Positions 27,326 to 42,268 of a stretch of 64,000 nt of DNA are shown one piece after another (position 1 is the stretch's first letter; each line of letters opens with the position of its first letter). A program made the translations under genes and the position numbers. This DNA is from the human T2T-CHM13v2.0 reference genome, Homo sapiens, in assembly GCF_009914755.1 (NCBI RefSeq), contig NC_060927.1; one strand, given 5' to 3'. Under the pieces are notes generated by a model, which did not search any database, was not told the origin of the DNA, and saw nothing but the letters and a program-made list of their open reading frames with translations.

Positions 27326-27620
27326 GGCTGGGGGGCGATGGCTCACACCTGTAATCCTAGCACTTTGGGAGCCAAGGTGGGTGGATGGCTTAAGCCCGGG
27401 AATTTGAGACCAGCCCAGGAAATATGGTGAAACCCTGTCTCTACCAAAAATACAAAAATTAGCTGGGTGTGGTGGTGCGCGCCTGTAGTCCCAGCTACTA
27501 GGGAAGCTGAGGCAGGAGGATAGCTTGAGCCCAGGGAGTTGGAAGATGTGGAAAGTTGTGATCCTGCCACTGCACTCCAGCCTGGGTAACAGAGTGAGAC
27601 CCTGCCTCAAAAATAAAAAA
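27326..27620 (+). mobile_element. AluJ-type element inserted in a MIR
   Basis: ggaggatagcttgagcccaggg..gtgagaccctgcctc; flanks show MIR core (ctcatctgtaa / gggttgttatga). Confidence 0.9.
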
Positions 27621-28959
27621 GAATGGTATTTATTTATTAATACCTAGTAGGGTTGTTATGAAAAATATGTTGGTTAAGCCCAGTATGTGATCTCCATTCA
27701 GATACAGGGCTAGACATGGCATCTCAATTATTTCTTATATGGCAGGATTTTTCACTAGTAACTTTTCATATATTTTACCTCTTTAGAGCTTTTAGTTACT
27801 AACACTCCATTTTATTTTATTTTAAATGGGAAATAGGAACAAGGGATATAAGAAGCATTCTTCTCTCCAGTAAATCTACAAAGACCCAAAACAGATCCCT
27901 ATTGATCCATCAGAACTCACCAGAGAAAATTTACCACTCCATATCTGATAATACTACTCCCACAGGCTGAAAACAGCTTCAAAGTCAAATTCTCCAGAAG
28001 ATATCATATCTCAAGCCCAAAGAAGTGGCATCCTCCTGAAACACATGGGCTTTCTAATTCCTGGGACCTATTAGTCCCTAATAAGAAGAAATCCATGTCC
28101 TGGAAGCCACCTCTTGGATGGTTAGAGATTTTTGATGTGTACCCAGGCCATAGTATTATTGACTAAGTAGCCAGTAGCAAATTTATCCTCACAATCTTTT
28201 CTTAAGTAATCCACATAAAATGACCCAGTGGTTCCAGAATCTTCCAAATTAGACATACTAAAAGGGAGAGGAGATTTTTAACTAATCCCTCACAGAACCA
28301 GTTAAACTCATTCACCTTAATTACTGTTTAGGCCAAGTGTTGTTATCACCTCTCTTCTCTCATCTGAAAGCTAAGGAATATGTGGCAGGGCTTGGGCCAG
28401 TTCCAATTGGGATGTAGATCTACATGTCTGACTTAAAACATGGCCCAGAATCTCCCCTGATAATCTCAGAGTTCTTTAAACACTGGACAGCTGGTTGCAT
28501 TCCTTGACCACAGCAGGAGCCACTCTGCAAAGGGTATCTCGAGTCCTGGCCATGTGCTAGGAAAGGGCCTATGAACTCTCCCCTGTCTCTCCCCAAGAGA
28601 ATGATCATCAGCTACAATGGGAGGACAACAGGCAATTCAAAACCAAAACCACAGCATAAAAAGACCTTGATCTTTTTGTCCTGTGAATCTTCCCTTGAGA
28701 ATTCAGCCCCATTCCTCAATTCTCACCTGGATACACTGAGTCAAGCATATAATTCGGATGATATAGAGGCAGCAATGGCCTAGGAGAGGGTCCCTTTGGG
28801 TACTGCAACAATTCTGCAGCTGGTTGGTCAGCTGACGGTCTTTGAACACACCCTACCTCTCCCCAAGGTCTTGGTTTCCCAGATGTCAACATAAACAGGC
28901 TGGAGGTGATGGCCATCGAAGGCCAGCTCTGTTCAGTTCTGGTGGCCTACAGTTCTATT

Positions 28960-29340
28960 TTTATTTATTTTTTAAAATAAGCTTATTTATTGAGGGATAA
29001 CATGCATACAGAACATTTCACACATCATAAACGGATAGCTCCATGAATTTTCACAAAGTGCTCATACATGTGTAACCAGTGCCCTTCTCCAAAACTAGAA
29101 CATAACCAGCACCCAAAGCCTTCTTGTGTAGCTTCCCAGTCACCTCCCAAAAGGGGTAACCAGTCACGAGTTCTCTAACACCACAGACTAGTTTTTCCAA
29201 TTCAGACTTTATGGGATCAAATGTCCTCTCCTTTATTGTTTCTTTCTCTCTCAGCATGTTAGTGAGATTCATCTTTGTCGTCGTGTTACAATAGTTCATG
29301 CTCATTGTTCTAGAGCATTTCACTGCCTGAATATACCAGC
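28960..29340 (-). mobile_element. Old L1 (L1MD/ME-like) 3'-UTR fragment
   Basis: tttattgagggataacatgcatacag..atgaattttcacaaagtg..tgtaacca..tcagcatg..tgagattcatc. Confidence 0.7.
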
Positions 29341-29616
29341 CTAAGGCTTAATATTTGCAGATGTCCCCCGCCAATTTTATCCTATAATGCATGATCCACT
29401 GTGACTGTCCTGCAAAAAGGCAGAAAAGCAGAACCCCCTAAAAGAGAGACTTTCTTTACTGCTTCCTAGGGCCATGGATGCCGTGTTTTTTCCAAGTCCA
29501 TAGGGAAGCTGAGAGTCTTCTAAGTGGCCAGGGATGCTGAAAGCAAAGTATCAACACCATCAGCCTTGTTTAAGCAGCACCTTTCTGTGCTTGCTACTAC
29601 TCCATGAGATTTACAC

Positions 29617-29682
29617 AGATAAGATCCCAAGTCTCTTAGCAATTTTCAAGATAAGATCCCAAGTCTCTTAGCAAATTTCAAG
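29617..29682. repeat. 32-bp tandem duplication, 1 mismatch
   Basis: agataagatcccaagtctcttagcaa(t/a)tttca x2. Confidence 0.92.
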
Positions 29683-30669
29683 CTAAAAAGACAACACTGA
29701 TGCATAGAGAGATTACCGATGCAGACAAGAAACCCAATACATAATCTAATTTAAAGAAACCATTAAGTGCAAATGAAAGAAAATACTTCATGTGCAAAAG
29801 GAAGAATAATGGCATTTTGTGGGGTTATGTCAGGTACAATCGCTATCATTTCCCCCAAACAATTGGTCTGAGAAGAAGTCACATGGTATGCTGGAAGAGA
29901 AAGGCACTACAGAAAGAAACAGAAACTTTAAATGAACTTTCCTATTTAAGCAAACATAGAGGGTAATAAGCCTACTGGTGATACAAAAAGGCAGAAGAGA
30001 TCCAGAGCCATCATCTACATCCCTTGACAAGGCCAGGGGACTTTTTGGCATCAATGTGATGTGATTTGGCAGCCAGCATTGACACCGTTGGGAAATGTCA
30101 GCCTGAAAAGAGGCTGTTCTATTGGACAGATGTAAGGCCACGACTTAGCCTCACAGGCCTGGATTACTGCAGCATACTCTTAACTGGGCTTCCTGTCTCC
30201 AACTGTCAGTCCTTCCCTCCATTCTTTGAACTGAAGTCTAAAGGCTCTCCCCCAAACATGAACCTGATCCTGATACACTCTCACTTGAAATCTTTTCATG
30301 ATTCTTTATTCCCTGCAGGATAAAGTCCAACTTCTTTGTAGCTTTTGGGGCTTTGGGGAGCTGACCTCTGATTGCTTTACCTTGCTCATCTCTCAACACG
30401 CTCCAGCCATATGGAACTTCTTATAGTTCCTTCTGCCTAGAGCACCTCCCTCATGGCCTTCATTGGGCTACTTCTGCTTCCTTGCAGGTGTTAGGGAGCT
30501 GCCAGTTTCTCTGGAAGCGCTTCCCCGAGGGCCCCTCTATTCTCCTGTAGCCCCCCACAATACAGTAATCATAGTCAAGATCTCATTCCCTGCTTTAGCA
30601 GCCCTGGCCAGTGCCTCACCCTCATCCCGTCAGCACTCAATAGCACAGAACTTGTCAACAGAGTCCTAC

Positions 30670-30890
30670 CGTTGACACCAGCAATTCTACTTGTGGGCTT
30701 CTTCTTGGCATGCCCTGCACATACAGGCCAGGAGCACCAGAAGTTAATGCTCCTAAGAGCATCCCTCAGATAACAGCGGAAGGAAAATGGAGGGTGAATA
30801 ACAACCCTACTATCCCCCACCTCCAGATAAGCTACTTGTATTCAAATCCTTGTCTGAAGGCCAACTTCTGGGGAAACCCAACCCAGACAA
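30670..30890 (+). mobile_element. LTR16-like (ERVL) fragment
   Basis: gaagttaatgctcct..cttgtattcaaatccttgtct..ttctggggaaacccaacccagaca. Confidence 0.6.
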
Positions 30891-32533
30891 TGGCCCATCC
30901 CCTAGCCAGACTGTGAATTCAGTGAAGCTTGGGACTAATGTCTTTTCATTTATCAGTGGACAGCAGCCATGCCTACCGTATGTCTGGCACATAGTACATA
31001 AATGTTTACTGAATGAATGGTAAACATTCAAGGAACCCTTGTTTCATTCCTGGTTTTCGACTCAAAGGCAATACAGAGCTCAGCAAAGAGCTTCGGCTCT
31101 GGAGTCAAAAGACCAAGTTCACTTCAAAAGGTGGAATCCTCCATTCCTGATGGGTGTGAGTTTGGGCAGGGGTGGGTAACCCACCTGGGCCTCAGCTTCC
31201 TCTTCTTGTCAACCAGGGTCATCATGAGACTCAAGGAGAACTGTTTAAAATTGCAGGGAGTTACACAAATTAAATAGTGTTTATTTTAGGCATTCATGTA
31301 ATTCTTTGTGACTAAATATGGGGAAAGAGATTTTGTTCTAGATAACACAAGCACTTGTGGTGGGAAGAGGAAGTAAATGAAAATTGGGGCTGGGTAAACA
31401 GTTAATTCCACTTGGAGAGCCTTTAGAGGCAGAGATCTCTGTTTTGATAAAGATCATTTAAATTCCAAAAAAGAAAACAGAATGGAAATGACAAAGTAAG
31501 TTTTTAAAAGTCCAGAAATAATTGCTAACTATAAACAGACATAAAAGATAGGTACATATCTCTATGTATGTGGAGATATGTATGTGTGTATATATAAGTA
31601 TATATATATAAAACAGCAGACATGTAATGAACTATATTAAATATGAAAATCTTACTATGTTTTTCCACTTTGTTTTTGTCCTTTAACAGCTTCAGAATTC
31701 TAAAACTCAAACACATGTATGCTGAGAAATGTCTGAGATGTTTTTAGGTCAAGCTAAAATCAAATGTCATCTCATAATCTTATAATCTTCATAAAACTGC
31801 TTTTATTTTCAAGACATGCAAAAATCCATATTAACCCATCAGGCACAATTTTGAATATAGGACTTGAATGAAAAATTAGAGTGTAGTCAAAAACAGTGAA
31901 ATTCTTATTTGTGGTCAATACTGAATGAATTAAATGTCTTTTGACATCTTTTTAATTTAAGGACCAGCTTTAAGAACAAAAATTCAGAGATACAAGGAAT
32001 CCAGATTCATTTTTCTGCCCTTTATTTAACTGTTTTGTATTCTAGTGGGGAAAAAACATGGAAAAATCTGATCCACCTTCCTATTGATTAGCACTCTGCA
32101 AGAGTAAGGAGTATGTGAACATTTTTACTCCAGAGTTCTCAAAGTTAATCTTTCAAGGCTGGGCTTTCTCTCCAGACCCTCACCCACGACTGTGTATCTT
32201 ATGTATTCATGCACATGGAGGACATAAAATACATGTCAAACAAAATAAAGCAAGTTATTAAGTACAACAAACCCCTAAATCTTGGTGGAAGTCAACAGAT
32301 AAACAGACTATAACAGACTATAATAGTCTAAGTACACAATGCATAATTCATGGCTAAACCAAGGCTAGGCTTGTGCAATATTTCACCAGCTCCCCTTTGC
32401 AATCTTTGAGGTTAAGACTGGGTAAATTGCACTGACTGCTAACTCAGCAAAACTGAAAAATTAGAAAAGAAACCCCTAACCTTTCCAATAATGGGAACAG
32501 GCAAGAAGGCAGAGGGTGGAGAAAGGTATTGTT

Positions 32534-32602
32534 TAGCTCTCGAAGCTAGGCATTTAAAAGTCACTGTGTGCCTAGCTCTCAAAGCTAGGCATTTAAAAGC
32601 CA
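32534..32602. repeat. Direct repeat (39-bp period) of a hairpin-forming unit
   Basis: tagctctc(g/a)aagctaggcatttaaaag x2. Confidence 0.9.
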
Positions 32603-33250
32603 TTATCTTATTAATATATAATTTTATTGTTGACAAATGTTTATTTTTCTGCTAAAATTAAGAGAGCAGATCACTTCCCTTCTTACACCTAATCACCAGC
32701 CCCTGTGCTCAGTTCACAATAGGCCTTCAATAAACATTTGTTTAAAGAACTTCCTTTTGATTTCCATTTGTTGTCTATGGAATGTAGCAATGAAATGTGA
32801 AGGTGAATATGCAATGACCAACAATAGTAATGGAAAGGTGAATAAAATTAAGCACCTCAATGCAATCTGGATCCCGGACAACTTTTCCATTTATTATTTC
32901 CCAAAATGTAGAACAAATGAATGTGCATGAATTTCCCAAAGCTGAGAAGTTGAAACCAAGTCCTTGGCAGCACTTCAATAGCCACAAATGAGGCTCTATT
33001 CCATTAAGGACCACCATGTCTTCCAGGGAATAGAGAGCTGGTGGATTCTGGGTGTAGAGTACAGTGTCATTTTTAGCAACTAAGAAATGAGAGAGGGAAG
33101 ACAAATGTCAAGTCAGCACCAGCAGAAATTATTGTGTTTCCTGACAACGGGTGAACCATGCCTGGTGATGCTATAACCCTGAGCCCTGGGGAGTATATAG
33201 ATTGGTCCAAATAGCAATATTTGTGCTAAGATAACTGTGGATGCAATTTA

Positions 33251-33383
33251 TTTACTTATTTTATTTTATTTTATTTTGAGACAGGGTCTTCCTCTGTCAT
33301 CTAGGCTGGAGTGCAGCGCAATCTCTGCTCACTGCAAACTCCGCCTCCCAGGTTTAAGGGATTCTCCTGCCTTAGCTTCCTGA
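33251..33383 (-). mobile_element. 5'-truncated Alu with TSD
   Basis: Alu 3' part; 15-bp TSD tgt(g/a)gatgcaattta (33236-33250 / 33384-33398). Confidence 0.9.
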
Positions 33384-35879
33384 TGTAGATGCAATTTAAT
33401 TCGTTCAAGGTACTCTGCAAATATTTTTAATAATACAAATTGAAAGAATGCTATAAACACAAAAAGGTGAGAACTCCTGGTTTAGCCTTCTAAGCAAATA
33501 GATTTAACCAGTCATTAACATCCCCTTTTGAATGTGTTGAGGTTGATGGTTATTTGCTGATCAAAAAAGCCAGGTGAGCATTCTAATTACAGAATGTCTG
33601 TGACTTATAGTCACTGCAGGACTGTTTTTGCCTAAGAGTAAGCAGAAAAGATACTGGTTCTGCAAAGTTTTTATTCAGTGCTATAGGGAAGGTTTCTTTC
33701 ACTGTTTAAAGTTTAGAGGGGCAGTGGGAGACTTAAAAAAGAGTTGTTATGATTATTTCACAACTCATGTTATTTTGACATATTGATGATATAAATATAA
33801 TAGCAGATTGCATTGTTAATAAGAAAATTAAAATTAAAAACAAAAGAGCCTAGATAAAGCAGAAATAATTTACACTGAATCTGTTAAAAGGGATAACACT
33901 TCACTTCCTATAAAAAATCGTATTATTTAGGGCCCCCGTCTACACCTAATCAAGTTACTTAAAACCTCAGTACATCACTAATGAACAAAGAGAGACAGAG
34001 AGCAATAGAAAAACTTGAATGGTAGCTCGAGGCTTTCATGAAATTTAAAAGATGATGGTGAGTGGAAATTTTAAAAATTTGGATGTGTTCAAGTAAAATC
34101 CCTGTGTAATTGCCTAGATATAGAAATAGTGCCAGATCTCTGCAACATAGGCACACAGATTAGAATTTCTTTCTGGACCTTTAAAATAAGCATTAAAAGC
34201 AAAACCATGTACCTTTCACAATATGGAAATAAAAACTAGTACTCTCACAAAATGTCCCTTCTCTGAGTTGCACTTTAATGTTATGGCACCCTCTTTTATT
34301 GGGAGTCATTGTAGGAGACAGTGATATGAAAACCACATCTGCATTTGCTGGAAAGGGCTGTCAAAGGAATTATCCATTATCTATAGAAAATCACACATAA
34401 GAAACTCCTTTTGCTATCTGGTGCCAGGAAAATCTTTATCTCTAGAAACTAATCTGTTTCCTCCTTTCTAATAACAAGAATGATACAACTTTTATCCTGT
34501 TTCCCTTTTTGCTCTGGCTGCCAGGGAGTTCAGGGCCAAACTTGATGATCAGTCATAGTAATTATAATGGACTTTGTGGCTAGAGGAATTATTTCCTCAG
34601 GTTTTCATGGCTTTTATTTTCCATTTTTAGTTGTATTAATCATGTTTTATGTGTCCATGTGTGCACACATGTGAAGACTTGGTTTTAATTGTAACTTACT
34701 TCAAGTCCTTTTTGGAAAACAATGAATTATGTTTATCTCATAAAAGTAAAAAATACAAGAGATGTATGTCAAAATATGCTTTTTCTTGGTACAAATAGCT
34801 TTCATACCTGTGTGAAAGCATACGCATTTTGTCTTTCTCTTTGGGGATAACTACTTCTAAACAAGTTATATGTTAGTCAACATTATACCCAGACAAGCTT
34901 TCTTCTGCTTATGGATCATTTCTTTGACAAAATAATACATCCTTATTTATAGTTGATACCTTCCAGAAAATTAACACCATAATTTTGCAAAACTTTGTTA
35001 AACTCACAGTTATCATGAGGTCCTTAAAGTTGGTTCTGATGGTTTGGCTGAATTCACAGAATCACTGTACAGGATTCATTTACATTACATTTACCAAATG
35101 TTTGAAATGGACCATCATGTCATTTTCACTTTGCTTCAATGTTTTCTTTTTTCTTAGGTAATACATAGGAAATAAATGGTTGATTTGCTTCAAATGGTCT
35201 ATTTTCCTTCCCTGAGCCTGTTATATTAGCCAGCTTACATTTAAACATATTTTAGTCATATAGATTTTCCACTGACTAATAAGCAAAACACAGCTTTTTT
35301 TAAATCCTAAAAAAAAGTACATTAACGTTCTTTCAAATTATTGTTTTAAAATAATGTTCCACATTAAATTCCCAAGCTTGGGACAAACCGGAAAGATCCC
35401 CTGAGTTTTTAAACCATATTCATTTCCCTGAGCACAGGGGCTCTGCATCCTGGATGGTACAATGCCTTCAGTGCCCCTGTCAGTTGGAATTTAGGAAGTC
35501 ATTTCTCTTTAATGGTTGCCAGACCTCCTGGATAAGCTGGGGCACCTTGCTTTGCCCCAGATCTCCATTGAGAATGGAACCTTCCTACTTACTTTCCCTT
35601 CACCGTCATAAGAACACTGGGATCCTGCTGTCATAAAACCGTTTTGACCCCTGAATCATAAAGCTGTACATTAACAGTGGGATTGTTTGCAATTAGGTAA
35701 CTGATCCTTTTCCCCGTTTAACTTGAGTCAGCTCATTTGATACTAACATAGTGCTTCTGTAACTCCACCTCTCCACCCGCTGCCTTTCACTCCCGACAGG
35801 TCTCCAAGAATAGCTGGGTGGCTTTGTTCTTCAACTCTGTACGTAACCAAGAAACCAAAACCATAGAGGGACTGGATAT

Positions 35880-36520
35880 CAGCTCAGGGCCTAGAATCAG
35901 ACAAAGCCCCCTCAGATTGAATCTGGGGACTGCCACTTCCTAGCTGCATGACCTTGGATAAGTGACTTCATTCTGTGAAACCTGAGTCTCCTCATCTGTA
36001 AAATGTGGACACCAGTAACAGTACCTGCCTTATAGGGTTGCTTCATCATTCAGCAAATAATTACCCAGAGTACCTACTATTGGCCAGGAACTGTGCCAGG
36101 GACCAGAATACAGTCAGAGCACACAGGGTTCTACCTCATGGAGCTCTCATTATAGTTGAGGAGTCACAAACTAAGCAAACAAATGAAAAATGCATAGTTA
36201 CATATTTTGAGAAGGGCTCCAAGTGAGACAGAATTCTTTGGTGAGCAACAGTGAGAAGTTGTGGTGGTTGAGGGGGGAGGGTAGAAAGAAATCAAGGCAG
36301 GCCTCTTAGGCAAGAAGCATTTAAATTATACCGGCAAGGCTATAGCAGAGGAAGCCAGACACAGGACACATGGAAGGGAATTTCAGGAAGGCGGAACAGC
36401 ACGTGCAAAAGGTTCGAAGCAGGCAAGGCCTGGCTTTGAGAAGAAAAGTGAACTATTGGGCCTTCGGTGGACTGCATGAGAAGCAGAAATCTCAAAAGTG
36501 AGGTTGGTGAAGCTCATCAG
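35880..36520. mobile_element. MIR (about 35880-36040) followed by L2 (about 36040-36520)
   Basis: tgccacttcctagctgcatgaccttggataagtgactt..ctcctcatctgtaaaatg, then cattcagcaaata..gccaggaactgtgccagg..ggaacagcacgtgcaaa. Confidence 0.7.
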
Positions 36521-36557
36521 CGATCCAAGACACAAAAAGACTTGATCCAGAGTTTAG

Positions 36558-37056
<499 letters not shown>

Positions 37057-37499
37057 AACAGTAAACTTCAATAACTGTTTAAATAAAACAACAACCAAAA
37101 GGGGAAACAAAAAGGCCATTTTTTTTCCCACATATGTGAGAGCAAGTAACAGGCTTTAATTCAAACACCTTTGAGAAATGGTGTAAATGAAAATCCTGAA
37201 AACATCTAGAATGTAAGACTATTGGAAAATTAAGATGAACAAACTTAAAATATTTTAAGACTTTTCAGAAATTATTTCTATTCATAGTGTGTACACATTA
37301 AGCATATGAAATAAGACACTTCCAGCATTGTGTCTGACTAGATGCTAGGAAAGGCCCTCTCAAAACATTTTTTATTGCATTGCTGGGCTCATAGGAAATA
37401 GGAAAACCCTCAAATGAACTAAAACAAACAAATAAACAAAATTCCAAAACTGAGCTGAAACAAGAATGGTATGCTGAAAGCCCACATAAATAGCAGAGG

Positions 37500-39230
<1,731 letters not shown>

Positions 39231-39567
39231 ACAGAGTTAATGTGTGTTCTCATCTCTATATAATATGGAAGGGGGATTCATCGGTCACAGTAGCAGGGCT
39301 AGTAGGGGCCATGTACAGCTCAGTCACACAGCTTTTTACTCACCAAAGCTGATCCAGCAACCACCATGGCTCAATGTATAAAGTGCTACTGCAAAGGCCA
39401 ATGCTGAGTTCCTGTGTGGACTAACTGGCTACCTAGTGACACATTGATGACACTTGACTTCTCTGACTTTGAAGAGGGCAGTACCTTGATTTACATAGGA
39501 TAGAAACATTGTGTGTGTAGATTTTCCTTCTTTTCCTTCGGTATTCTTCCAGGACCACAATTCTTAG

Positions 39568-39724
39568 ATATATATATATGCCTTATATATATATATGCAT
39601 ATATATATATGCCTTATATATATGCATATATATATGCCTTATATATATATGCATATATATATGCCTTATATGTATGCATATATATATATATGCATATATA
39701 TATATATATATATATATGCCTTAT
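39568..39724. repeat. (TA)n-rich minisatellite with TGCCTTA and TGCA interruptions
   Basis: Five TGCCTTA copies separated by (TA)n-TGCA-(TA)n. Confidence 0.95.
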
Positions 39725-40308
39725 CTATCACACGGCATCCTACACAACATCACCTCCAATCATGGGACACATTTTACCACATGCAGTGCATCAAAGGATC
39801 CACTCCACAGAAGTTCTGGTTTAGTAACAGCTGAGTGACAACACACAAAGAGGTTAGGATACTTTCCTATAGGAATGGAGGATGTGCCTTAAATCAGAGG
39901 CCACTGTATGGTGCCATCTCTCCCATAGTAAGGATGCATGACTGGAAAAACTGAGGAGGATGTGGGAGTGGCCCCTCTCACGAAAACACCTAATATCTTG
40001 TTGGAATAATGTTTGCTTCCACCAGAGAACATTATCATGATGTGATGAATTAGAAACCGAGACTGTCCTTTGGCCATTTTGGGCTCTTCGTTCCATTGAC
40101 CCAACAGTCAGAGTAGGGGTCACCATTACTGCTATATAATAGGGATAAGGAAGGCAATATGCATAACCCAGGGATTCACTGGGGTGCCCTTAAACAAAAG
40201 TCCTGGTCAGTGAAAACAGTGGTAATCCAATCAAGTTAAAGCCATCAAGGACCGAGATGACTTCCATTATTGAAACAAGATGGAAGATGGAAATGTGATT
40301 ACTAGTGA

Positions 40309-40684
<376 letters not shown>

Positions 40685-40932
40685 GGAAGTTATGTTTTAA
40701 GTCACCACTAAGTGACTTTTTTCTCCCCTTCCGCCCAACTTCTACCATATAAAAAAAGACAATACTCATGATAGCTCGTGTTTTAGATGTATGGCCAAAC
40801 TGACATTATCTCACAATGACACAAGACCTAAGGTGACTCCACACCTCCCTCGTGTTGGAAGCACCAACTTTTCATCTTGATGAAAAACAAGAGTAGAGGC
40901 CAAGAGGCAAATGAGTGAACGGCACTAGATAT

Positions 40933-41405
40933 TGTCCATTTGCCCTTCTAGATCCATCTCCACTTTTCTCTCCTTGCTTTCTTCCCCACAGGGTGACATA
41001 TACAAATGGCAGCAGAGAGCTCTGCACCCTCAGGCTTCCAGCAGAGTTGAGCTAATAGCAGGAGATAGATGTAGGAAGGAAAGTGAGGTCAGCACATTTA
41101 TTTCCCTGGTTCCCTCCCAGTAAGTTCACCTCAGACTGGCTGTGTCCCTCAAAAGAGGGTTACTATCCTTCCTAATGCAGCTCTAGGGGACTCTCTCTTC
41201 TTCAAGGGTCTGAAAACCTCTCCTTCTTTTGTCCTTTTGGGCCTAGAAGCAGTGACATTTCTGCTGCTGTAGCACTAGGTTCTTGAACAACCCATAACAT
41301 TCCCCTATATTGTGCCCACACCTTTGGAATTAATCCCTTTGTACAAAATTGCTTCTTGAATTATCTCAAGTTGAAATATCTGTTTCTATTGGGACCTGAC
41401 TGACC
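40933..41405 (+). mobile_element. LTR33-like ERVL LTR (probable 3' LTR of the upstream internal sequence)
   Basis: tgtccatttgccc..agatcca..gtgaggtcagcacatttatttccctggttccctccc..tggctgtgtccctc..cctgactga. Confidence 0.65.
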
Positions 41406-41499
41406 CATTCACTGTGATTACATATTACTTAATACAATGTCTATGAACCAACACCCATACAAAGAGATTTTCTTAAGACGCCCATAAACTGAGAGACCT

Positions 41500-41539
41500 G
41501 GGTAATTCCCGGACCTGGGTAAAGTCCCAGGAAATTCCC
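41500..41539 (-). promoter_or_regulatory. Cluster of three NF-kB-like motifs
   Basis: On the minus strand: GGGAATTTCC (41530-41539, canonical), GGGACTTTAC (41519-41528) and GGGAATTACC (41501-41510). Motif match only. Confidence 0.4.
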
Positions 41540-41895
41540 TGTGGACTCAAAACCGGTTAACTGTTTGGAAGCACCTGAAGGGCTCAGAAAAACTGTTTAT
41601 AAGAATATTTTCTGGTAACCAGGGAGAAAGAGGTCCAAGAGGGATGTGAAAAGTCAGGTGCATGCTTCTTCTGGTTGTAACTCTTGAACAATTTCTATGG
41701 AAAACCAAGAGAGAGCCAAAGGTTTGTCTAAAAACCAGGTTACTGAGTTAAGAGAAATATTAATCCAGCTTAGTGTTACCTTCTTGCAGGACCAATTTCC
41801 TTAAAACAATTTGAATCATTTGAATGGGTATGAATTTATAATCAAATGACCAACTGACCAGATACCCAGAGGGAATCCTAATATTTCTGGAAGAA

Positions 41896-42268
41896 AGAGG
41901 TTCTCGAAGTGAGCACAGGAGCATCACCTGGAAGTAGGACTGGCTATAATTTGGCAGGGCCCAGGGCAAAATGAAAATGTGGGACCCTTGTTAAGAAATT
42001 ATTAAGAATTCCAAGACGGTGATAGCAGAACCATTAAACCAAGTACAAGGCTCTTCTAAGTGCAGGGCCCTGTGTGACCACACAAGTAGCCCACCCATGA
42101 AGCCTGCCCTGCCTGGAGGGTTTGTTACAACACAGACTGGGAGCCCTGCTCCCAGAACTTCCGATCCAGTGGGTCTGGGGCAAGGCCCAAAAATTTACAT
42201 TCCTAACAATTTCCTGGGTGCTACTGATGCTGCTGTTTCAGGGACCACACTCTGAGAACTACCACCCT
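41896..42268 (-). mobile_element. MER5A interrupted by MER91A
   Basis: ggttctc..atcacctgga[insert]gggtttgtta..ggtctgggg..tgatgctgctg..gggaccacactctgagaac. Confidence 0.85.
41935..42111 (-). mobile_element. MER91A-like hAT-Tip100 MITE
   Basis: gggcccagggcaaaatgaaaatg..attattaagaatt..cccatgaagcctgccctg; 8-bp TSD cctgga(a/g)g (41927-41934 / 42112-42119). Confidence 0.85.

Noticed and set aside
32534-32602. CRISPR-like palindromic direct repeats
   Set aside because: Only two copies, a spacer of about 10 bp, no cas genes, and a mammalian context; it is a local duplication.
39513-39838. Three overlapping Tyr/Ile-rich ORFs
   Set aside because: Artefact of the stop-free (TA)n repeat; the integrase-like tail is frameshifted.
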